NCBI GenBank assembly: GCA_965235115.1
Contig: OZ249452.1
Location: 12,462,001-12,526,000, forward strand
Source of the DNA: Laetmonice hystrix
Taxonomy: Eukaryota
DNA length: 64,000 bases
Reading direction: 5' to 3'
A program made the translations under genes and the position numbers. Below the pieces are notes generated by a model. The model was given only the letters and a program-made list of their open reading frames with translations. It was not told where the DNA came from and did no database searches. Shown here piece after piece: positions 38,265 to 50,857 of the stretch (position 1 is the first letter of the stretch; the number at the start of each line of letters is the position of its first letter).

Positions 38265-41200
38265 CACGTCAGGAATCGCCACGTTCGTCACGATCGAGGC
38301 CAACGCCAAAAAGAATTTTACAATTAGTAAACGGTTCAAGATAGCGCGCTTGTTTTGTACGCTGAGTCACCCATCAAATAGATCAGAGCCAAGGGGGTGC
38401 ATGGCCAAATATAGCAGTGGTCAATGTGGCTGTAATAGCTATGTGCTATCACTGTTAGAATGGCTGGGAGGCTGTGTGACTCTCATGGTGTTGGAATGTA
38501 TATGGCTGTGAGGGGGAACGCTCAGACTGCAGCGCCCTCTACAATGTCCCGTCATTTCACTGAGGGCCCGTGAGAGGGCGCCACTGTGGCGGTGACCTGG
38601 ACAACATCATGATCAGTCAAGGAACTATTGGGGTGGAACCGATACGGTTCGATTGAGCTCTAATTGATGACTCTGAGCTGTCAATAAGGTGCGATGCCCT
38701 TAGGAAACCACTTGGCCGACATATAAAAACACTGTCAAGCATTCCAGATGCCCAAAGCTTATTTCAAATAATGTTGAGGAAAAAAACTTGGGAACCCAAA
38801 GCCCCCCAAAAGATCCAATCTTTCTAAGGTCTTATCTGCAATAATCAATGTTTAGGTCATACTGGTCAGCAGTAAAAAACAGATATTTACTTTGCTCGTC
38901 CTATTCAAAACCGATTCTGATGCCCAGACCGTCCTAATATCATTTTAAAACGCAACGTCAAATCAGAAGAAATACAATCACGCATAAATCTGTTCGCCAT
39001 TTCTGAAACAATGACTCTTGTAATTCAGAAGGATAGAGGTATGTTTAAACAAAAACTCGGTGTACAATCTCTGAATTTGGACGGATTCCAAATGAGCTTA
39101 CAAGGCTTTCAGCCTATGAATACGTGACGTTCTTTAACTTTGCAGAGGTCAAATAAATCATGAATAATTCAACACGTTCCAATATATAACCGCAGACAGT
39201 ATTTAAAAAAACTGGTAAGTTAATTGTGCTTCAAGTTGCTATTTGGGTCACCAGGACGCCAAGGTCCTGACCCTCACATATGACCTTTCGTATATAGCCT
39301 CAACGTTTTTAAAGGTAAAAAATTCCTCATACACACTGCAAAGTATGGAATCTGCGAAAATCCTCAAACTACAATTTCCGAGCGGAAAGAATGCTTAGAG
39401 AAACATTTGAATCTACCATGTAGAAGGATAGTTTCATGTCAACACAAGCTGACGTTAAAAGCTTAAATTACCAGCGGGTATCATTTTTTCTAAGCTCCTT
39501 TTTTACATTGTCCATTTCACTCATTTTTCTAAAGTCGATTTGGAAACAAACTTTTTCGTTGTATTATTGCAATTTCTCATTGTCTTTAGATCTTAATTAA
39601 GGCAGTGATGGGGTAAACATTCTGTAAGAAAGCGCTTTAACTTTTGTCAGTCAGACAGTCCATCAGACAGTCAGACATGACTGTGTTCACAATCTCCATA
39701 AATCACCCAGGAGAAGCTCTTACGAGGGGATGAGTTGGGAAGAAGAAGAGAACCACTCATTACACGGCAAAAAGACTCTGGTTGTAAATTAACAACATCC
39801 TGCTCGTCTCAGCTACATAAAAACCAATAGGTAATCTTTTACTTGTCTGTGGTATGTACCGTTTTGTTTACACCTACGTTAGGTGAAACGATCCTCAGCT
39901 ACAAGAGGAATCGCCGCTTGTTTCTATTCAAGATCTCCGGTAAGATGGGTTGTTAAAAATTGGGCCAAGCGGGTGGGAAGGGATGTGGTGGGGTTGGGGG
40001 TCACTTAATACTACCAGCTGAGGACCCCGCCAGCCTTTGTCTCTGACGTCACATGACATCAGCTAATTTACCCCTCAGATATACATCCTTGATTACTTAC
40101 CCTAAGGAGCTACCATCTACAGGCTGTCTAAAACACTGTCTCTCAAATTACTCTCTCCTAATTACTGAGTGCTTACACACTTAGTGAGCGCAACCATTTC
40201 AGAGTGACTGCGCTAAAAAATGGCTAATCAACGTGTGCTCAGATATGGTGTACCAACCGGCTCATAAACCTGGATTGTACATCTGTGATTAGATTTGACA
40301 ATTTTCATGACTTTTGTATTGATTCCAAAATAAAAACCAGGGCACCATGCAGTAGCATGCTTATAAATTGTCTATTTCAATAAATACCGGGGAGTAGGCC
40401 TACATGTCCAAATTTGATAGATTTGAAGCAATATCAAATGGAATCTGTAATCTTCTTACTTTCCTATATCCCATATTCTAAGCCAATCATTCATTGAATC
40501 TGTCTTTTTTCCAGTATGCTGCTGACCCTACTTTGACCAGTTAGAAAATATCGAGATGTGAAAAAAAATTCCGTATGAATTTTCGACGGGATCTAACATT
40601 GTCTTTAACAGTTCTAGCCACATCACATAACATACTACGAATGATACCTTAACCTGTATCTTATACGTTAGATAGAAAAAGAATCCCACGGATACCTTTT
40701 ATTAGGTTACTTTAGAGATAATATCATACCTACTGGTCCTATTGTTTGTCGCCCTCAGAACAACACAGTGACTGAGTTAATTGTCTGGGCTTGTAGAGGA
40801 CTTGTAACCAAACAATTTATGTCCCCACCTTCTGTTGTCGGTCCTGACTTCTGTCTGTGTCAGGATTTCTGTTTCAAACTACAACTTGAAACATGAAGGG
40901 CCTTTTGAATACGCAATACTCGGAAACCTTAAACTTTTGGGAAAGGATTCCTCATGGGGGACTTCAATACTAAAAGTATTTCAAGGGAAATACCTCATGG
41001 CATTTACGACCTTTGGGGAGTTGATGGTGCAAAGTGGGTCACTTAATTAGGAGCTAAATGGGAACGTTTTGATGGTGACGTCATTAACAAACGTTATTAA
41101 ATCCAATTAGGGCCAGCATTCCATGATCAGGCCCACATGGCCCACAGGTCAATTACTGAAAATTAGACCAATCAGGGATCTGTCGAATCGCCCATGTTAA

Positions 41201-41734
41201 TTGTTCATCTTCATTAATTCTCACGCCAATTACAAGTCTCGTTTCCTCTCAGTGTACGCCATTACCAGTGGTCTGTTTACATCTGCCAGTAGTTGAGCGT
41301 CTTTGAGCGAACAGAACTGTCTCCCAGGGTGGTAGCAAAGAACGTATTACGTTCTGTGGTGGTAGGAACAGTGCTGTAGACCCATGAGAAAAGGGATCAG
41401 TGTCTGCAAGGACCGGTTCCAGCAGACAGCCTGGCCTTACCCTGTTATCACAACCTCCAGGGGGTTGCTTCCCGTGTTGGGCCAAGGTTGGGGTGATTTA
41501 TACCACCCCACCCACCTCTACGAACATCTCAGTGGTCCCTAATTCCTGAGACTCCCCTGGGGGCAAAACCACTCCACGCTTTAACTTCACAGGTAATGTT
41601 TGTGTTTGTTATTCTAAGGTACCGACCAGCCCACAATGACGTATGACAATTATGCTAATGTAGCTCCTTAAGCCCCTTTGTGCCCTCAGAAGGCCTCCGT
41701 ATTAAAATCCCCCTGTAGCAGTCACAGTCTGTAC

Positions 41735-41788
41735 CTAAAGAGACGGTAACCTTACTGTAACTTTCATCAGAGTTTACTTCTGAAACTG
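41735..41788 (-). CDS. Candidate phase 1-1 exon (AVSEVNSDESYSKVTVSL; alternative donor at 41755)
   Basis: Acceptor gcgtattttcag|; donors ACA|GTAAGG (33 nt) or TAG|GTACAG (54 nt), both frame-preserving. The acidic/Ser composition fits the protein. Confidence 0.35.
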
Positions 41789-42570
41789 CTGAAAATACGC
41801 ATGGCGATACCTGAAGTATTTTGTATCTAGGTGTTTGATATCTGGGAAAGTTTTTAGGATTATGATGTTTTACATGACATTGGCAACATTGGCATTTGAA
41901 ACCCATAACGATTTCACCATTAACGTGTAAAAATACCGAGTAGAAATATTTAAATATACAATGTAATATAACATAATAATTGTATATCTAACCTTTACTT
42001 ATATGATTCAACTTTAAGTGTCATAAATGCTACAAAAATACTTTGCCCATCTTTCTATGGGTTTACACTATAATTCATCTAGATCAGATACCTTGTGTTT
42101 CCTGGTCACGTCATGGTGAAGTTTACTTCTCACAATCTTCTAACACGTATATTAAATGAGTCCTTGCTAAAAGGATGTAAACTGAGCTCCGAGACCAATA
42201 ACTGTCAACTAAGTATGTCTTACTGAATGTCAAGCCTGGTTTGTACAAATACCACCTGTTTATTTGCCTCGCAAATCCTTTTTGACTTCTTTTGAACAGC
42301 CTTACGCCTGGCAGTCTGTTGGCATGTGCCCCAGTATTTCAGGCCCCTGCTGAGTAAACTCGTCTTCAAAGTTCCCGTTTTTTTGACGATTTAAAAGAAA
42401 ACGAGATATAACATTTGCTGACCTGTACTACGAGACAAATCTTGTAAAATCCGTTCAGGCAAAACGCAAATCTTTCCCCAATACTTGGGATGTAATGTCA
42501 GTCAGTAATAACATGTTTAGCCCTCCACCCTACACATCCTGTAACGACAACGAGATGTAATCAACCTTAC

Positions 42571-42592
42571 CTCTTCCTTGGCACAAAGAAAC
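42571..42592 (-). CDS. Candidate 22-nt exon (GFFVPRKR if phase 1 to 2)
   Basis: Acceptor tattttagtcag| and donor GAG|GTAAGG. Splice signals only. Confidence 0.25.
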
Positions 42593-43033
42593 CTGACTAA
42601 AATATGTTGAAACCATCGCTTAACATGTCACTGCGTTATCATGGACGAGGCAAGTATTTCACCACCAGTGGAGAAAAAAAACATCTCTGCCAGGACACCC
42701 TGGCGTCTGTGTCATATTTTTTGACACCATTTTCCTCCAAAGAAGATTTATAGCGTGTCATGCATGTAAAGGCTGTGCTCGGAGGCATGCCGCCAAGCTG
42801 TCTTGACGCCTCGTCCCCTCATGGTCCACACAATGACACGTTCCTCTACCTAGTACTCTACAAGTTGACAACATCTCTGAGAATCTACACCACCTTCTCC
42901 CTGTTAAACATCACCTGTAGAAATGGATGGATTTTTTCAACCTTGTTATGTCCACCTCGCTTTAAAATCTCACAAACCAAAAAATAATCTTTGAAGTGTA
43001 AGTGCCGCCGTGTCAATTTATCTAAAAACTAAA

Positions 43034-43046
43034 GCGCCCCCTGGCG
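43034..43046 (-). promoter_or_regulatory. CTCF-like motif (CGCCAGGGGGCGC); others at 6696(+), 29755(-), 30558(+), 31927(-) and 54243(+)
   Basis: Match to the CTCF core CCASYAGRKGGCRC. Confidence 0.45.
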
Positions 43047-46000
43047 ACAAAAAGACCTTCAGTGAGACCCCGGATTAGGGGATCTGTATAGGTCAAGGCC
43101 GGGTCAGGGTGTCTGCCTGTCGTCATGGTAACAAGACGTGAGATATCCCTGCTGTATTAACCGACCAATACGACACACCTCACCAAAACGGTAAAGTAGC
43201 ATCCCGACCCTTCCAGTCTGAACTCCTTTCGTTTAGATTTATGATAGCATTTGAAAGGGTATGGTACACAGTGTTAACTTTGGAGACCTTCATTCTGGTC
43301 GTCAAGGAATTTACGACTGTTGCAGCCTGGCACAGTTGTCGAGAATGCATATTTGTAAACACTTTGGGTCACGTTTTTCAAGCTCGACTTTAGAAACTTA
43401 ACATACCGCAAAAAGCGATCTGTGAACGACAAAGCGCTCAAGTAAAAAAAATATAGAAATCATAATGATTAGTTTACGTAAATAGAGCGCACAGGGAGTT
43501 TATGTTTTAGTCAGCAGTAAGAAAAAATTATTGTCTACTTGAGTATCTGCGAAGACCCTAGTGCCCACTAACGTGCTGCATCACCCGGAACCTAAACCCA
43601 GCGAACAGCGACATTTCCTACACGACCATCAGCACCGGACCCCCCGCACTTTATTAGAATCGTCAGGGGGGAACTGCCCCCCAAGCTCGGTATATATACA
43701 CCCATGCTGTATACGAAAGACCCACCTGACCTTACTCCAAACTGAAGTTGGTCGGAAACCTTGGCCATGACTGACTCAGTATAGCCGCACCGTGAACCGT
43801 GGTCTCTTCAACCTATATACCGGTACTAACTCACATGGACCCCCCCCCCCCCCTTTACCCCTCCATTAATCCACCCTGTCGGTGTCTGGTCCACCCCACC
43901 CCACCCCCACCAACCCCAGACCACGTACGGTCCAACAGGTATCAGATTTATGTGAACAACCCTCCCAGGTACCTGCCACCCCCTCCCCCTTCATTCCCTG
44001 TCCGACAAATCTAGGGTGCAAATATTTGAACCACCTCCTCGGGAGACCACAGTTGAATGGCAACATCCCGGACCCCAATCCTAGCCCTGCATTGAAACGG
44101 TATTTGTTCCTATAAACGTGCTGGCTTCTAGGTAAATATCCGTCGGAGAACCTGCTCACACACGGGGGGATCTCTACCCCTTTGAAGTTAACACCCCCCT
44201 AAATGAGGGATACTTGCCCTGTTGGTTTGAATGGTTTCTTTGATACACACCAGGATATCCCAATATTAGTATGCTTTGCTGCACCGCGAGTATCAACCAA
44301 CTGGTCTTCATAACGGAACGGTTGAAACGGAACGGGAGAGATTGTAAATATCCTACAGGCATCACTACTGGCAACCAATCCACATATTGGCCCAAGTAAA
44401 CACAGATAAAATGATCAAAATCAAGAGATTATCAACTAAAGGTCATGTAAGATATTTCAGTGTTTCCCTGTCTGGAACAGCGCCAAGGACTTCCATTTAG
44501 TTGTTGAGATGCAGTACTTTTAGTATGTCCTGATCCACTGACGGCGCAAATATAGTCCCACATCCTACTGCCAGAGTTAGGGCAATGATTAGGACCCCAG
44601 CCAGATGTATCTGTATCTGTCAAGATTCCGATGATGGTCTTGTGATCACCCTGTACTTGGCTAGCGTCCAGCACCGTGGGGTACAATTGGAGACCCCCGT
44701 CTATCACGACGGCATGTCAGACCAGGGTCGTCAATCTCACGCGATACCCTCAAAAACACTTCACAACTGTCACCAAAAAACTCAAGTATGCATGACCACG
44801 GTGAGTAGCCACATTCGGAATATGCTGGTTAAACTGTGGAGGCACAAATAGAAATATGTTTGATTTCAGCTTAGGACTAATCTACGCCAAGATATTGAGA
44901 ATATAATCATCCTTTTTTTATTTGTCCCTGAAAACAAAGAGCGGAAGTTAAGGTCGAGTGCGCACAGTAAACTGCACAGGACGGAACGTAAATATCCTGT
45001 CTGTGCGTCTTCTTGACGTCAACTCGACAGATGGCAATCTCAACGTCTATTGCTATGCACGTTATTCAAAAGAACAACTTTTCACCACAACTTGCTTTAA
45101 AACTGGACTATACAACGTGGTATACCGTATCACGTTACTAAACTGAAGGACTTCAAACGAGGGATAGATTCTTGAATCGCTCGGGTCGCAACAACGTTAT
45201 TAATGTCAACTTAAAAATCACCCAAGCAAGAAACGGCACACTGAATACATAAGTAATGGGTTTAAGTGCCACTCGATAGGCGGTAAAATCCAGGGAGACT
45301 AATGAAATGTCCATGTCCTGTGTGGTCCAATTGGTGACATCAAACACACCCCAAGTCTACCGAACCACAAAGTACCAACCGGCTAATGTCATCCGACTCT
45401 AAAGAAAAGGCCAGCACGGCTTTATTTATGAAGGGGTATCTGGGCTGGCGTTCCTTCCAAACTACTCATTGACTTTCTGCGAAATGAGCCCTGTGAAATC
45501 TTAATTTTCAAACGTCATCACCCTTTGATTGTCAGGGGTCTTCCTGCAGGAAACATACTTTTGGCTGGTATTTTGTCAGATTTCTCAATTTGAAAATACA
45601 GCTGGACACCAAAATAGCCTGTCAGCAATCAGCCTATCGGAGGCCCTGACACATACAGTTTTGGACATGTGACAAATCATCATGGTTAGGTTCACCGAGA
45701 GATTTCATTCACGAAGCCTCTCACTGACTGAAGAAATTGTACATACAACGCCCCCTGCTGAGAAAGATATCACCTTTATTTAACGATAAGACACATTACT
45801 GGGGGGGATAGGGCCATTCCTAATTTACGACCTCACCGAGGGAGGCTATCAAAAAGTCGCTCTTCAAAACAGACAATTCAAATCTACTGTGTCCCCTGTA
45901 GGGAGAAAACAAAATAGGGATCTCACCCGGCCCGCACACGTATATTTTGGCTTTCTGTAAAAAAAAACTATTTGACATAACCTTAGATGAAGGGTCGGGG

Positions 46001-48494
46001 AGAACTCAAGGCGTTTATGGAAGGCCTTCCGGAATTCGTGAGGTGATACCATGGGGGAATAGCCCTTTGAAGCTACTCTTCATAACTGACAACACGTTAT
46101 CCTGTATCCATAGCCTCTGTTAACAAAGCATTAAAATGTCTGCATGGCCAGGGAACGCTAATGAATAATCAGCCACCACAGTTGTCGGCGTCTGACATAA
46201 ATCTATGCAGGTATGCCTCAGTCCTCACAGGAAGGTACGCACGCCCCACAAAGTGTTGTTGTACCATCGCCTGCCTGCATGAATTGTACGTTTACATGTG
46301 TGTATCTATACATACAATACAAACGGTCTACAAGGGCAGGACTCGTTGGGCCGGTCTCTATACTGTCTGGGCATGGCACATATAATAGTTGGGCGGGGGA
46401 GGAACAGTTAGGGGGGAAGGGGGGGGGGTAGGGAAGAACAAAAAGTGTTTGCTTAGAGCGATTTGGTTCTGTCGGCTTTCCTTCCTGAGAACACCCAACG
46501 TGACCTCATTTACCCCAGAACGGGGCCGGTAAATGTTGTTTTATCTTATGTCAATGAGAAGGAAATTACCTACAGTGACATGTCGTTACGGCGGGGCTAA
46601 TAACGGAATCTGTCTAAAAATTCAGATTTCTGACCAATCAGCAATCGTCTTACTGAATCGGGATATTTGGTTTTAATTCTCTGAACAGAATTACTCGAAC
46701 CTTAAATTAATCTTCCAGGATCATTGCTCATTGCTGGACTCATTGCTGGGATATCAATCGGGTATAATTCACAAGAAGCAACAGGAAACTGCTAAGCTAG
46801 AAAAACACATCTCTGCAAGTAATTCGGTGTTTTTGTTAGCCCGACCTTTGTGTCGATACAAGTCTGGCCACTGGGGACCAAAACGTTGTGTCAACGTTAC
46901 TTGGTGCCGTACGTGTTAGCAAATATACGTCAATATGACATTTGGTCATCACGACAGATTACAGTGTTAGGACCTTATGGAGAACCAACTGATGCCTGTT
47001 TGATTCTTATCAACTGAAAACTGTCAAAAAAAAGTCTTCCAGGCCTTTCTGGGCTTACAGTGACTGCCTGGAGATGTCAAATTTCAATTGCTCTACTCAG
47101 TTGAGTTCAATTCAACTCTAAAGTGGGTATACCTGATTGAAATGTCCCGCTGTGAGTCGGGGTTACACAAGTTTTTTAAAAGTTTATTCTCGCTCTAAGG
47201 GTGGCTGAGCTGAAAGAGGGTGTGAATCTAGGATACAGTGCTAAAACATGTACCGGGAGAAAACAACCCTAACCTCCCAACCCGCCAACCCGCCAATACA
47301 AAAAAAGACATGTGGCACTCTCTGCCCTGATATGAATTACCTAATCTGGGCTCATTTTCTCCTCCGTGTGTGCGGTTTTCACGTCCGCTATAATAACCCC
47401 ATAAAATCGGTCCTTACATGACTGATCATTGTGTTCACGCCAGACCCCAGCTATAAATGCTGGTTGGTAAGTTTACCACGAGCATGCCGGTAGTTATAGA
47501 GCGGCGGCTTTGATAGAGTGCCAGTTCGGAATATGGTGGTTGACTTCATACTACTTCTATCTGTGGGCAGATTTACAGCTTTAGAAACGAGGACACCAGA
47601 ATATTTCCAAAAGTTAAACCTTGCACTGGATCCAATTTTTCAATTCTACCTTTTTTAAACCAGCGGATAACATATTTAAACACCATACTTGCAAGCCGAT
47701 TATTGACCCAATGAAATATTGAAAGATACCACTTCCAAAATGTATCCTAAAATATGGTGTAATATTCCCACATCCTCCCAGTTGTGGGTCCGTACTTACA
47801 ACTTTTAGTAGTATTCCATTGGTTCGTCTAGATAACAACAGCCACCTTTGAAGTTGAGTAGGGTCTAACAATACCAAGTTTCCTCCGTCGCCTAGGTTAC
47901 GATACCTTCCGGATCACGAACGCATACCGTTAACATTTTAAAAAGTCAATATAAATTCTCTGACCTAATTATTTTACCACATAAGCTTGTAGTGTGCGTC
48001 TGTCCTAGTTTTACACCTAATTTCTGTGAGTGGAAGTTCTGTGATGTCACGCCTACCACTGCCAGGATTGAACACACATTATATTAACTTAATAAGGGTA
48101 ATTTTACGGCGACAGTCCACCACAGATAAACGTTCGCATTCTCAGTATCCTTGTGAGGACACGACATTTTGTTAATTCAATGAAAACGAGAGCAAGACTT
48201 TCAGACATCAAGATGACAGTAATTATTGGTGATTGAATCGTTTGATGAAGAACTTCGTGATTAAGGGGGAACTAGGAAAGATCCGAAAATGACTTTAGAG
48301 AACATTATGCTTCACCAAATGAGAGAAAAGACACTATAGTTATATACCATTGCCCCCATAATTTCTCGTAAGTATATACTAGTACGTTTCTATAACAGTT
48401 TTGGATAAATGGTGATTACCTTAGTGGATCAATGCACACAAGGACCCGAGGCCAAACCTGAAGGGAGATTTATAGTCTCACACTAGGCGACCTT

Positions 48495-48891
48495 AATACG
48501 TACATCAATCACCTGTATTAGGACAAATTCAGTGACCTCAATACGTACATCAATCACCTGTATTAGGACAAATTCAGTGACCTCAATACGTGCATCAATC
48601 ACCTGTATTAGGACAAATTGTAACCTCAATACGTACATCAATCACCTGTATTAGGACAAATTCAGTGACCTCAATACGTACATCAATCACCTGTATTAGG
48701 ACAAATTCAGGGACCTCAATACGTACATCAATCACCTGTATTAGGACAAATTCAGGGACCTCAATACGTACATCAATCACCTGTATTAGGACAAATTCAG
48801 TAACCTCAATACGTACATCAATCACCTGTATTAGGACAAATTCAGTAACCTCAATACGTACATCAATCACCTGTATTAGGACAAATTCAGT
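48495..48891. repeat. 45-bp minisatellite, 9 copies
   Basis: aatacgtacatcaatcacctgtattaggacaaattcagtgacctc; one 43-bp copy. Confidence 0.95.
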
Positions 48892-50056
48892 AATACCAAA
48901 AGAACTGAAAATCCTAATCTCACGGCAGGAATTTACGAACTTTAAAGCTAATTGGTAATTTCGTCACGAGAGAAGAAAAAAACGAGTCAGATAAGACAGG
49001 AACTGGATGTCTGGAAGTTTCTCTTTGAGCGACCACTCGGCTTACACACTGTTCTAGTTCTGCGTGTGACACTCCAACACAAGTTGGAGGTTTTTATGGT
49101 GAACTTCACAGGGAAATCTTCCCGCGACTTTGAGCTGTGTCACACAGTCTGATGAGCAAACTAGACTAGTGAATATAGGCACATAGATGTTGTTTCTCTA
49201 TATGAAATTGCTGGAAATGATTCACTTATAAATGAAGATGGTTGAGAATAAAAACCTGAGTTTGTCTACCGTCTGCACGCTATGTGGACACGCCTGAGTT
49301 TGTTCTTTCAGGTTAATTCCCTCATGGTAACTTTCCGCGACATCTGAGGTCGAGCCTAGAGGCTGGAGCGGGGCTGGCGCTAGGGATATGTTTTTAGGGA
49401 GATGCGGGACAGGGAGTAGGGGTTAGAGTTAGAGTTGTTGCTAAGAATCAGGAAATATATTTAAGTTTGTTACCCTCAGATTTCATGACGATTTTACCAT
49501 GAGGAATATTATCGTCCCGAGCCTCGTCCTAGAATTTCGGTAGGATTCCGAACGGAGCCTTTGATTCTGTCAGAGCTGTCATCAAAGATTCCCTCCCGTC
49601 CCAAACTCCCTGAGTGGAGACCTCCCATTAATAAAAAATGAAATAGGCCGACCTCTTCTAAAACTAATCCCCACACGTAGTTGTACCGACCTACCTCTGT
49701 GGCGCATTTTATACATAATTCCCCAAGGGTTCTGTCACATTAGTAAATCACTAAATATCTGCTTTTAATACCAGAAAATCTCCAGTTAGGTAAAATATAA
49801 ACGAAATCTAAAGTAGCCCTGAAATCTTCCCTTGCAAATATTTACCATCTAATCCCTAATCGCATTAAGTAACAGCAATCAGCATGAAAGTACATGCCCT
49901 TCCGACCCGACTTCCCTAGGACAACCCGACTAAACTGGCGAACAAACCTGCCAGTAGTTGTCATACCTGAGGGGGGACAGCGTATTTACCTTCCACGGTC
50001 CTGTTCTATAAACCACATCAATGGAAACCAAATCAATGGTTTCACATCGTTTAACC

Positions 50057-50172
50057 TATTCCATGGGGTGTTACCATGGGGTAATAACCTCTGATTTTAA
50101 CCTATTTCATGGGGTGTTAGCATGGGGTAATAACCTCTGATGATGTTACCAAGGGGTAATAACCTCTGATGA
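50057..50172. repeat. Short imperfect tandem repeat (gttaccatggggtaataacctctgat), about 3 copies
   Basis: Direct inspection. Confidence 0.8.
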
Positions 50173-50279
50173 TGTCCAGTTTGACACGATCCGGAGTAGA
50201 TCACGCAACCAGTGACGGGACTGTGACCCACCTATAGGATCCTCCCTCTCCCCGTACCTCCTTACTCACCTTGACTCAC

Positions 50280-50396
50280 CTGAGTAACTTTCACATCCAG
50301 CGACCCCTGGCGGAGAACGGGTCCCGGAGACATTAAACAAGGCATGCGGGGAGGGAGCGGGAGGGAGCGGCGGGAGGGAGGGAGGGGTAGGGAGTC
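50280..50396 (-). CDS. Pro-rich exon (GLPTPPSLPPLPPAPSPHALFNVSGTRSPPGVAGCESYS)
   Basis: Acceptor ggtgtattgcag|, donor CAG|GTGAGT, 117 nt, phase 1-1, open frame, composition continues the Pro-rich end of the giant exon. A second donor AAG|GTGAGT lies 10 nt further on. Confidence 0.65.
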
Positions 50397-50857
50397 CTGC
50401 AATACACCGTCACTAACCCACTATACCACAGTCTCATGGCATGCAGGGGTATATCATCTGTGTGGATATTTCTATTTTAACCAGGGATGGCGGATCCAGT
50501 GGGCTGGGAGGGGGGGGGGGCGCTTCAGCCCAACCACTTTTCAGACTGATCAGGGTGTTTAGGCCCACCCCTTTTAATAAAAGTCGGTAAAATTTATAAT
50601 TCCCTTTTTCTTTCTTTCTTTTTTCTGTTCCTGCCACCCCTGATTACGCCACCCTCTCCATTCCAGTCAAGCGTGTAATGAGATCAAAAGTAGATACCAA
50701 TTTTTTTCCCGTTTTCTAATAAAACTCCGAATGGGGACGTTTTCTGGACGTTTTTATACTGTGTCTGGGTGGGACCAGAGTGTACCATATGTTCTTTGTG
50801 TATGAAGGTCCCCCACTGATTGAGATTCACCTGATCATGTGATGATATTGAACCCAC

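Noticed and set aside
48590-48958. Repeat-peptide ORFs (IRTSITCIRTNSVTS / IDVRIEVTEFVLIQV)
   Set aside because: By-product of the 45-bp unit. A 2-bp deletion in one copy breaks the frame.
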